Origin: Polyangiales bacterium
Lineage (GTDB): Bacteria; Myxococcota_A; Polyangia; Polyangiales; Ga0077539
Assembly (NCBI GenBank): GCA_046351535.1
Contig: JAXLYG010000005.1
Coordinates: 229,334 to 293,333, forward strand
Reading direction: 5' to 3'
DNA: 64,000 bases
This document shows positions 7,784 through 15,880 of the stretch, piece by piece (the first letter of the stretch is position 1; each line of letters starts with the position of its first letter). The position numbers were made by a program, and so were the translations under genes. Under the pieces are notes generated by a model. The model searched no databases. It was not told the DNA's origin and saw only the letters and a program-made list of their open reading frames with translations.

Positions 7784-9682
7784 ATGACAGCGACGCGGAG
7801 CGACCTCGTGATCGGCGTCGCCGGTCACATCGATCACGGCAAGACCGCGCTCGTACGAGCTCTCACGGGCGTCGACACCGACCGCCTCCCCGAAGAGAAG
7901 GCCCGCGGGATCACCATCGAGCTCGGCTTCGCGCCCCTCGCGCTCCCCGGCGGACGGCGCGCCGCCGTGATCGACATGCCCGGCCACGAGCGCTTCGTTC
8001 GCACGATGATCTCGGGCGCAGGCGGCGTCGACGTGATGCTCCTCGTGATCGCCGCCAACGAGGGGGTGATGCCCCAGACGCGGGAGCACCTCGCCATCGC
8101 GGGGCTCGTGGGCGTTCGCGCGGGCGTGTGTGCGCTCACCAAGTGCGACCTCGCCTCGCCCGACATCGTGGAGCTCGCCTCGGACGAGGTCCGCGAGGTG
8201 CTCGTGGGGAGCGCGCTCGAAGGCGCCGCGGTGATCCCCGTGAGCGCCCTCGCAGGGACGGGGATCGAAGCGCTACGAAAAGCGCTCGGCGCGGTGTCAC
8301 TGCCGCCGAGAGACTCGAGCGGACCGGCGCTCCTCCCCATCGATCGCGTGTTCGTGCGCAAGGGCTTCGGCGTGGTGGTGACGGGCACGCTGCTCTCGGG
8401 TGTGGTTCGTCTCGATGATGCGCTCCTCCTCGGCCCCATCGGTCCCGATCACCGCGCGGTGCCCGTGCGCGTGCGCGGGCTTCAGGTGCACGGCGAGGCC
8501 GCGACGGAGGTTCACGCGGGGACGCGCCTCGCGGTCAACCTCGCGGGCGTCGAACTGGCGGACGTTCCGCGCGGCGCGTGGCTGATGCATCCGACCGACG
8601 TGGCGCTCTCGCGGGTCTTCGACGCGACGGTCACCTCGCTGCCGCAGACGAAGCGCGACATGCTCCGCCGCGCGAAGCTCGAGGTCGACGTGGGCGCCAC
8701 GCACGCCCTCGCCACGCTCTCGTTTCTCAACGGTGAGGGACTCGCGCCGGGCAAGACCGGCCTCGCGCGCGTGACCACCGATCGTCCCCTCGCGCTGCGT
8801 CCGGGGGAGCGTCTCGTGTTGCGCGGACCTCCTTCGCTCGCGGGTGTCGGGAGCACCGTGGGCGGACTCACGGTGGTGCGTCCCGTGGCCGAGCGCGTTC
8901 GACGAAGGGCCGTCGCGCTCGACCGCGCGCAGCGGAGCGCGGCGGGCTCTCTCGCAGATCGCGCGCGGGTCGAGCTCGACGCCGTGGGCCTCCGCGGACT
9001 GTCTCGCGCGGAGCTCGTGGCGCGCGCGGGCTACAGGGTTTCAAAGGCCTCGACGGGGGACGGCGTGGTCTCCGTCGCGAACGATCGCTACGTGTCTCGC
9101 ACCGCGCTCGATGCGGTCTCTCGCGAGGTGCTCCAGGCGCTCAGTGATTTTCACGGGAAGAACCCCGCGGAGCGAGGGATCGATCGTCGCGCGCTCTCGT
9201 CGCTCGGCGATGACGCCGCGGTCGACCTCGTCGTCGCGGAGCTCGTGTCACAGAGCAAGATCACGCGCACCGGTGAGGTGATCGCGCGGGCGGGGTGGAA
9301 GCCCCGCGGGCTCGACGATGTCCCCTTCGTGGCGCAGGTGCGGGCCATGCTCGCGCGCGCCGGCCTCGCGTCGCCGCGCATCGCGGAGATGTCCGAGGCC
9401 TGCGGCGCGACCGTGAAGGAGGTCGAGCACGCCCTCAAGCGGCTCACCGAGCTCGGTCACGTGGTGAAGGTCTCGACCGAGCTCTACACCGACGCCGCCG
9501 CCATGAAGGACCTCGAAGCGCGCCTCGTCGCGTGGCTCGAAGCGAAGGGCTCCATCGACGCGCAGGGGTACAAAGACCTCACGGGGCTCTCGCGCAAATA
9601 CGTGATCCCCTACGCCGAGCACTTCGACGCGAAGAAGGTCACGCTGCGCCTCGGCGACACGCGCAAGCTCCGCGGGCGGTAG
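7784..9682 (+). CDS. selB: selenocysteine-specific translation elongation factor SelB
   Basis: GTPase G-motifs typical of SelB (VIGVAGHIDHGKTALVRALTG…DRLPEEKARGITIELGFA…DMPGHERF…TKCDL) and a long C-terminal extension of about 300 aa beyond the EF-Tu-like domains. The start is taken at MTATRSD (ATG 7784). Confidence 0.85.
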   Translation: MTATRSDLVIGVAGHIDHGKTALVRALTGVDTDRLPEEKARGITIELGFAPLALPGGRRAAVIDMPGHERFVRTMISGAGGVDVMLLVIAANEGVMPQTREHLAIAGLVGVRAGVCALTKCDLASPDIVELASDEVREVLVGSALEGAAVIPVSALAGTGIEALRKALGAVSLPPRDSSGPALLPIDRVFVRKGFGVVVTGTLLSGVVRLDDALLLGPIGPDHRAVPVRVRGLQVHGEAATEVHAGTRLAVNLAGVELADVPRGAWLMHPTDVALSRVFDATVTSLPQTKRDMLRRAKLEVDVGATHALATLSFLNGEGLAPGKTGLARVTTDRPLALRPGERLVLRGPPSLAGVGSTVGGLTVVRPVAERVRRRAVALDRAQRSAAGSLADRARVELDAVGLRGLSRAELVARAGYRVSKASTGDGVVSVANDRYVSRTALDAVSREVLQALSDFHGKNPAERGIDRRALSSLGDDAAVDLVVAELVSQSKITRTGEVIARAGWKPRGLDDVPFVAQVRAMLARAGLASPRIAEMSEACGATVKEVEHALKRLTELGHVVKVSTELYTDAAAMKDLEARLVAWLEAKGSIDAQGYKDLTGLSRKYVIPYAEHFDAKKVTLRLGDTRKLRGR

Positions 9683-9720
9683 ACACGCAACGCGCCCTCG
9701 GGCAGTCTCGCGCGCCCCGA

Positions 9721-10587
9721 GTGAGCAACGCCGATCCGTGGACCATCTCGCGCGTCACCGCGTGGACCGCCAAAGACCTCGCCTCCCGCGGGATCGAGTC
9801 GTCGCGGCTTGACGCCGAGCTGCTCATCGCGAGCGCGCTCGGCTGCAAGCGCCTCGACCTCTACCTCCGCTTCGATCAGCCCCTCGCCGACGCCGAGCTC
9901 GCGCGCATCCGCGGACTCGTCGAGCGACGTCGGAAGTTCGAGCCCGTCGCGTACATCCTCGGCGTGCGGGAGTTCTACGGGCGCACCTTCGCCGTCGACA
10001 ACCGCGTGCTCATCCCGAGGCCCGAGACCGAGGGCGTGATCGAGGCCGCGCTGGCGCTCCTCCCGCCGCGCGCCGAGGGCGTGCGACACCGCGTGCTCGA
10101 CGTGGGCACGGGCAGCGGCATCATCGCCGTGACCCTCGCGTGCGAGCGTCCCGACCTCGACGTCGACGCCGTCGAGCTCTCGCCCGCGGCGGCCGAGGTG
10201 GCGCGGTCGAACATCGCGCGCAACAACGTCTCCGACCGCGTGACGCTCTTCGAAGGCAGCCTCTATCGCCCCGTGGCCGATCGGCGCTACGCGATCATCG
10301 CGAGCAATCCGCCGTACATCGAGACCGCCGAGGTCGACACGCTCATGCCCGACGTGTCGAAGTACGAGCCGCGCCTCGCGCTCGACGGCGGACCCGACGG
10401 CGCCACGGTGCTCCGTCCGCTCATCGCGGGCGCCCGCGCGATGCTCGTCGAGGGCGGCTCGCTCCTCGTCGAAATCGGCTATGGGCAAGGTGATCTGGTG
10501 AGGGAGCTCGCGCGCGCCGCGGGCTTCACGAGCGTCGAGGTGCAGCCCGATCTGGCGCGCATCGAGCGCGTGCTCGTGGCGCGCTGA
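9721..10587 (+). CDS. prmC: release factor glutamine N5-methyltransferase PrmC/HemK
   Basis: SAM-binding motif (VLDVGTGSGIIAV), the NPPY catalytic motif (IIASNPPYI) and a HemK N-terminal domain. GTG start at 9721; the frame is open from 9295 across selB. Confidence 0.85.
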   Translation: MSNADPWTISRVTAWTAKDLASRGIESSRLDAELLIASALGCKRLDLYLRFDQPLADAELARIRGLVERRRKFEPVAYILGVREFYGRTFAVDNRVLIPRPETEGVIEAALALLPPRAEGVRHRVLDVGTGSGIIAVTLACERPDLDVDAVELSPAAAEVARSNIARNNVSDRVTLFEGSLYRPVADRRYAIIASNPPYIETAEVDTLMPDVSKYEPRLALDGGPDGATVLRPLIAGARAMLVEGGSLLVEIGYGQGDLVRELARAAGFTSVEVQPDLARIERVLVAR

Positions 10588-10597
10588 GACCGCCGGT

Positions 10598-11713
10598 TCA
10601 GTCGTCGGTCGATGCGGCGGCGCCCGTGGCGCCGAGGCCCGTCTCGATGCCGAGCTCGCGGCGCAGGCGCTCGGCCTGGTGGTGCGTGCGCAGCGGGACG
10701 AGCACCTCGTCGAGGTCGCCGTTGATGAAGCGGTCGAGCTTGTAGAGCGTGAGCTGGATGCGGTGATCGCTCACGCGGTTCTGCGGGAAGTTGTACGTGC
10801 GCACCTTCTCGGCGCGCTCGCCGGTGCCCACCATCGAGCGGCGGTCCGAGGTGATGAGCGCGTCCTGCTTCTTGCGCTCGATGTCGAGGAGCCGCGAGCG
10901 CAGCACCTTCATCGCCTGCGAGAGGTTCTTGATCTGCGAGCGCTCGTCCTGGCACTTCACGATGAGCCCCGACGGACGGTGGACCACCTGCACGGCGCTG
11001 TTCGTGGTGTTCACGCCCTGACCGCCCTTGCCGCCCGAGGCGGCCTTGGTGATCTGGAGGTCCTTCTCGTCGATGCGCACGTCGACCTCGTCGGCCTCGG
11101 GGAGCACCACCACCGTCGCCGTCGACGTGTGGACGCGCCCCTGCGCCTCCGTCGCGGGCACGCGCTGCACGCGGTGGACGCCTCCCTCGAAGCGCAGCGC
11201 GCTGTAGACCCCGTCGCCCGAGACGATCGCGATGATCTCGCGAAAGCCTCCGACGTCCGTCGTGGTCTCGCTCTGCACCTCGATCTTCCACCGGCGCTTC
11301 TCGCCGTAGCGGCAGTACATGCGAAAGAGGTCGGCGGCGAAGAGCGTGGCCTCGTCGCCCCCTTCGGCCGCGCGAATCTCGAGGATCACGTCGCGGTCGT
11401 CGTTGGGGTCGGGCGGCAGGAGCATGAACGTGAGCGAGCCTTCGAGCTCGGCCACCTCGCGTTCGAGGCCGGGGATCTCGTCGGCCACGAGGTCGCGGAG
11501 CTCGGGGTCCGCGAGGGCGGCGCGGTCCTCGTCGAGCTGCTTCTTGGCGGTCTTGTAGCGCGCGAACGAGGTGACCAGCGCCTCGAGCTGCGCGCGCTCG
11601 CGGGTGAGCTTTCGGTAGCGCGTGTTGTCGCTCGCGACGCCTGGTTCGCAGAGGAGCCTGTCGAGCTCATCGGCCCGGTGCACCAGCGCTTCGAGCTTGT
11701 CGATCGGGAGCAT
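10598..11713 (-). CDS. prfA: peptide chain release factor 1
   Basis: The PAT tripeptide anticodon motif (RVPATE) marks RF1 rather than RF2. GGQ motif (SGGKGGQGVNTT). 371 aa. Confidence 0.9.
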   Translation of the reverse strand: MLPIDKLEALVHRADELDRLLCEPGVASDNTRYRKLTRERAQLEALVTSFARYKTAKKQLDEDRAALADPELRDLVADEIPGLEREVAELEGSLTFMLLPPDPNDDRDVILEIRAAEGGDEATLFAADLFRMYCRYGEKRRWKIEVQSETTTDVGGFREIIAIVSGDGVYSALRFEGGVHRVQRVPATEAQGRVHTSTATVVVLPEADEVDVRIDEKDLQITKAASGGKGGQGVNTTNSAVQVVHRPSGLIVKCQDERSQIKNLSQAMKVLRSRLLDIERKKQDALITSDRRSMVGTGERAEKVRTYNFPQNRVSDHRIQLTLYKLDRFINGDLDEVLVPLRTHHQAERLRRELGIETGLGATGAAASTDD

Positions 11714-11817
11714 TGGAAGAGACCTTCTTCGTGCCGCACGGAGACGCCGCGGGGCAGTTCATCGAGGCGAGCAGTTGTGTGCGGGGGAATACGTGAGCGG
11801 GAGGCGCGCGGAGGGCG

Positions 11818-12879
11818 CTAGAGGCCGTACTCGGTCGAGAGGCGGGCGTAGTCCGCGAAGGTCTGCACCGTGGGCGTCTCGGGGGCGGGCGCGTTCTCGG
11901 CCTCGCGGGTGAGGGTCACGCGCAGCGCCGAGAGGGCGATCTCGACCTGATCGTCGGTGGGCTCCGCCGTCGAGAGACCCTGGACGAGGTAGCCCGGGTA
12001 GAGAAAGAGCTTCGCGATGGGGTTCTCGGTGAAGCGCGCGCCGAGGCGCTGGAGCTCGTACGAGAGTCCCGCGATGGGGAAGAGGAGCGGGATGCTGATG
12101 AAGATCGACAGGATCACGTTCGCGAGCCCGCCGTTGGCCGGGAGGATCAGCGGGAGGATCATCGCGAAGACCGCGACGGAGACCAGCACCACCACCATGA
12201 GGAAGGTCGTGCCGCAGCGGGCGTGGCGCGTCGAGTGGCGCTGCGCGTTGGCGACCGTGAGCTCCTCGCCCGACTCATAGGCGGCGATCGCCTTGTGCTC
12301 GGCGCCGTGATACTGAAAAACACGGAGCATCTCGGCGTTGCGGCGCATGAGCGAGATGAGGGTCACGAAGATCGCGAGCTTGAAGAAGCCCGCCAGGATG
12401 TGGAACCGCGGGTCGGCCATGCCGAGCGGGTGTCCGCTGAGCTGCCCCGTCGCCCACGTGAGGAGCTTCGGGAGCGCGACGAAGAGCGCGAGCGAGAACA
12501 CCACGCCGAGGCGCGACGCTGCGCCCGACTGGGAGTCCTCCGTGCGCTCCGACTCGGGGAGGTCTTTTTCGAACTGCTCGGCGCTGAAGCGAAGGGCTTC
12601 GTAGCCGTTGCGCATCGACTCGACGAGCACGAGACCCCCGCGCACGAAGGGGATCTTCATGATGGCCGTGGCGAAGCTGCTCTTCCACGGCTGCTCGCGC
12701 ACGACGATCTCGCTGTTGGCGCGGCGCACGGCGACGGCGAGGCAGCGCGGAGAGCGCATCATGACGCCCTCGATCACGGCCTGGCCGCCGACGTTGAGCC
12801 TCGGACACACGGAGGGGTCGCGGTACGGTACGCCCGCGTTGGGTGACTGGGATGGCATGGAGTGGCGGGAATCTAACAC
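11818..12879 (-). CDS. DUF1385 family protein (YqhQ-like)
   Basis: Conserved segments GGQAVIEGVMMR and YHGAEHKAIAAYE plus internal TM helices. Its position between rpmE and prfA is conserved in many bacteria. Confidence 0.75.
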   Translation of the reverse strand: MLDSRHSMPSQSPNAGVPYRDPSVCPRLNVGGQAVIEGVMMRSPRCLAVAVRRANSEIVVREQPWKSSFATAIMKIPFVRGGLVLVESMRNGYEALRFSAEQFEKDLPESERTEDSQSGAASRLGVVFSLALFVALPKLLTWATGQLSGHPLGMADPRFHILAGFFKLAIFVTLISLMRRNAEMLRVFQYHGAEHKAIAAYESGEELTVANAQRHSTRHARCGTTFLMVVVLVSVAVFAMILPLILPANGGLANVILSIFISIPLLFPIAGLSYELQRLGARFTENPIAKLFLYPGYLVQGLSTAEPTDDQVEIALSALRVTLTREAENAPAPETPTVQTFADYARLSTEYGL

Positions 12880-12957
12880 GCGATTTCTGGATCGCGAGGA
12901 GGCGGCAGGCGAAGCGTCGTCGGTGTGCCGCGACGGGCGCGTCCGACGGGGCGCCGA

Positions 12958-13188
12958 TTACTTCGCCGTCGCGGGGCGCGCGGCGCCGCCGATCTTCTCG
13001 TAGCGCTTCTTGAAGCGGTCGACGCGGCCGGCGGTGTCCATGATCTTCTGCTTGCCCGTGTAGAAGGGGTGGCAGGCGGCGCACACGTCGATGGAGAAAT
13101 CACCGCGCGTGGAGCGCGTCTTCACGGCGTTGCCGCAGGCGCAGGTGATCGTGCAGACGGGGTAATCGGGGTGAATGCCAGACTTCAT
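12958..13188 (-). CDS. rpmE: 50S ribosomal protein L31
   Basis: [48 protein letters not shown] is the classic L31 sequence with its C-x-C…C-x-x-C zinc motif. The ORF track extends it upstream artefactually. Confidence 0.9.
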   Translation of the reverse strand: MKSGIHPDYPVCTITCACGNAVKTRSTRGDFSIDVCAACHPFYTGKQKIMDTAGRVDRFKKRYEKIGGAARPATAK

Positions 13189-13546
13189 GGTGTCCTCGGG
13201 AGTGGAGCTTTGTGGTGGCTGTGCCCCGTGACGCAGAGGCGTCGAAGGGGTTGTACACCGACGGGTGAATTCGCGAGCGGGGAGGGGTAACACCGCGCTT
13301 CGCCGCTGGCAAGAGCGTCGCGGGCGTTGCGCGGGGCGCGTGCGTCTCGCGATTGCCCCCACACGGGTGGGAGATCTTCGGCCGTACCGCAGGCCGATCA
13401 CCCGGTCGCGACGGCGGAGACGGATCGTACCGCGCGCCGATCCCACCAACCCTCTGCACGACGTTCCACCGTACTGCAGCCTATCCCCCCATCCCCTTGC
13501 CGTGGGTTGACAAGTCCCTCTGCGCCGCGAGAAAGCCACGCGACCG

Positions 13547-14467
13547 ATGGGTGACCCTGACCGCCTCCTCGCCGAGACGAGCCGCACGTTCGCGCTCTCG
13601 ATCCCCAGGCTGCCCGAGCCCGTGCGCGCCGAGGTGACCCTCGCGTACCTGCTCTTTCGCATCGCCGACACCTTCGAAGATGCCGCGCCGTGGCCCCGGG
13701 TGAAGCGACTCCGCGCGCTCGAAGACTTCGCCGCGCTCCTCGATCACCACGACCCCGCGCGCGCGAAGGAGCTCGTCGCCGCATGGCTTCGCGAGCCTCC
13801 GTGCGATCACGCGGGCTACCTCGAGCTCCTCGCCGAGACGCCCGACGTGCTCGAACGGACGCAGCGGCTCGACGCGCCCGCACGCGCCGTGGTGATCGGC
13901 CACGCGCTGCGAACGACCCACGGCATGGCGGGCTTCGTCGAGCGGAGCACCGAGAACGGATCGCTGCGCCTCCACGACCTCGCGGACCTGTCGCGGTACT
14001 GCTACGTCGTCGCGGGGATCGTGGGCGAGCTGCTCACGGATTTGTTTCTCCTCGCGGCGCCGTCGCTCGCGAAGGTCGAGCACGCGCTGCGGTCGAGGGC
14101 CGTGACCTTCGGCGAGGGCCTCCAGCTCGTGAACATCACGAAGGACGCCGACGACGACGCGCGCGACGGCCGGGTGTATCTGCCCGCGGGCGTTCCGCGG
14201 CGCGAGGTGCTCGACCTCGCGCGGCGCGACCTCGACGAGGCCGAGCGCTACGTGCGCGCGCTGCAATCGGGCGCGGCGCCGCGCGGCTTCGTGGAGTTCA
14301 CCGCGCTGCCGGTGATCCTCGCGCGCGCGGCGCTCGACGCGGTGGAGTCCCAGGGCCCCGGCGCGAAGGTCCCGCGGAGCTACGTGCTGGCGTCGGTGAT
14401 GGCACTCGACGCGCGCCTCGACGCGGAGACGGACGCGTTCACCGGGGCGGCGATCGCTACGCCTTGA
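13547..14467 (+). CDS. squalene/phytoene synthase family protein (HpnD/CrtB-like trans-isoprenyl diphosphate synthase head-to-head)
   Basis: Asp-rich substrate motifs ([10 protein letters not shown]; [18 protein letters not shown]) and the [13 protein letters not shown] segment typical of the SQS/PSY family. Confidence 0.75.
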   Translation: MGDPDRLLAETSRTFALSIPRLPEPVRAEVTLAYLLFRIADTFEDAAPWPRVKRLRALEDFAALLDHHDPARAKELVAAWLREPPCDHAGYLELLAETPDVLERTQRLDAPARAVVIGHALRTTHGMAGFVERSTENGSLRLHDLADLSRYCYVVAGIVGELLTDLFLLAAPSLAKVEHALRSRAVTFGEGLQLVNITKDADDDARDGRVYLPAGVPRREVLDLARRDLDEAERYVRALQSGAAPRGFVEFTALPVILARAALDAVESQGPGAKVPRSYVLASVMALDARLDAETDAFTGAAIATP

Positions 14468-15335
14468 GCGCGTCGATCACGCGCTGCGCCGCGCGGCCCG
14501 GGGCGCGATCGGCGCGGTGATACACGTGGGGGTGGTACGTGTGCGTGCTCCCCGCCTTCCAGCGGACGCGCGCGAGCGTGCCTCGGCGGAGCTCGCGGGT
14601 GATGAGGTGCTCGGGCATCCAGCCGAAGCCGAAGCCTTCGAGCAGCGCGGTCTTCTTCGCGTGAAAGTCGTTGAGGCTCACCACCGTCGAGACCGTCAGC
14701 GCCGACGTGCTGAGCCGCAGACGCGGATCGCTCCCCCGCACCACGAGGAGCACCTGCGCGTTGAGGTCTTCGTCGGTGACCGCCGCGCCCTTCGCCACGA
14801 GGGGGTGATCTTTGTGGGCCACCAGCAGCGCACGCAGCGGCGGCATCGCGACGCCCTTGAGCGTCACCGTCTGCGGCGGGAGCACCGAGATCATCAGGTC
14901 GGCCTCTCCGCGCACGAAGGTCTCTTCGACGCCGCCGAGGAACTCCGCGGTGACCGTGAGCCTCGTCGGGACGCGCTCCTTCGCGAGCGAGCCCACCACG
15001 CGCAGCACCGCGTCGGCGGGGACGATCCCGTCGAACACCACCCCGAGCCGCGGCTCCCACCCCGTGCGGATCACCTCGCAGAGCGCCTCGAGCTCGCGCT
15101 CCGCGTCGAGCATCTTGCGGCACTGCGCGAGCACCGCCTCGCCCGTCGCCGTGATCTTCGTGCGGTACCCCGTGCGGTCGAGAATGGTGAGTCCCGTCTG
15201 CTCTTCGAGCGTGCGCACGGCGTAGAGCACCGCGGTGTGCTGCTTGCGAAGCGCCGCCGCGGCCTTCGCGAAGGTCCCGTGGCGCGCGAGCGCGTCGAGC
15301 GCGCGTGCCTGGTCGAGCGTCACCACCATCGGCAC
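14457..15335 (-). CDS. LysR family transcriptional regulator
   Basis: N-terminal LysR HTH (LDQARALDALARHGTFAKAAAALRKQHTAVLYAVRTLEEQTGLTIL) and a C-terminal LysR substrate-binding domain. Confidence 0.85.
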   Translation of the reverse strand: MPMVVTLDQARALDALARHGTFAKAAAALRKQHTAVLYAVRTLEEQTGLTILDRTGYRTKITATGEAVLAQCRKMLDAERELEALCEVIRTGWEPRLGVVFDGIVPADAVLRVVGSLAKERVPTRLTVTAEFLGGVEETFVRGEADLMISVLPPQTVTLKGVAMPPLRALLVAHKDHPLVAKGAAVTDEDLNAQVLLVVRGSDPRLRLSTSALTVSTVVSLNDFHAKKTALLEGFGFGWMPEHLITRELRRGTLARVRWKAGSTHTYHPHVYHRADRAPGRAAQRVIDALKA

Positions 15336-15341
15336 GGGAGA

Positions 15342-15833
15342 CTACTTCACCTTGACGTGTTCGAAGACGTCGAGGTCGGCGCCGCGCACGATGAACGCGC
15401 GACCGAAGCCCTGCACGAACGACGCGCTCCCCTCGATGGTCGCGAGCTCGACGAAGTGAAAATCACCGAGACCCAGAAGCGTCTCGGCGATCGGATACTT
15501 CGCCCGGTACGCGCCCTCGACGCCGAGCGCGCGCGCCTCGTCGCGGGTGATGAAGCGCGCCGTCGCCCGCGCCAGCACACGGGTGAGCGCGTGGTTGCTG
15601 CGGGGGTCTCCCTCGCGCGGGCTCTCGTGGAGCATCCATGCGCAGCGGGGATCTCTGCGAAGCGCGCCGGTGTGCGGCGCGAGCTCGCTCACGAGCAGAA
15701 AGAGCCGCGTCGGACCGCGCAGCGCCACGAACGGAACCAGCGAGACCGACGGCCCCGCGTCGTCGACCGTACCCAGGCTCGCCACCGCCGCGCCGTCGAG
15801 GAGCGCACGCAACGCCTCGGAGGAGTTCGTCAT
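15342..15833 (-). CDS. pyridoxamine 5'-phosphate oxidase-like FMN-binding split-barrel protein
   Basis: Size of about 160 aa and the pattern (…ASLGTVDDAGPSVSLVPF…) are consistent with the PNPOx-like fold. No strong catalytic motif. Confidence 0.55.
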   Translation of the reverse strand: MTNSSEALRALLDGAAVASLGTVDDAGPSVSLVPFVALRGPTRLFLLVSELAPHTGALRRDPRCAWMLHESPREGDPRSNHALTRVLARATARFITRDEARALGVEGAYRAKYPIAETLLGLGDFHFVELATIEGSASFVQGFGRAFIVRGADLDVFEHVKVK

Positions 15834-15880
15834 CGACGAGAGCTTGTAGGCGATGGCCCGTTGCGTTTCAATCCGCGGCC

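Noticed and set aside
7235-8089. 284-aa minus-strand ORF overlapping the selB 5' region
   Set aside because: Antisense to selB and the divergent small gene. No motifs.
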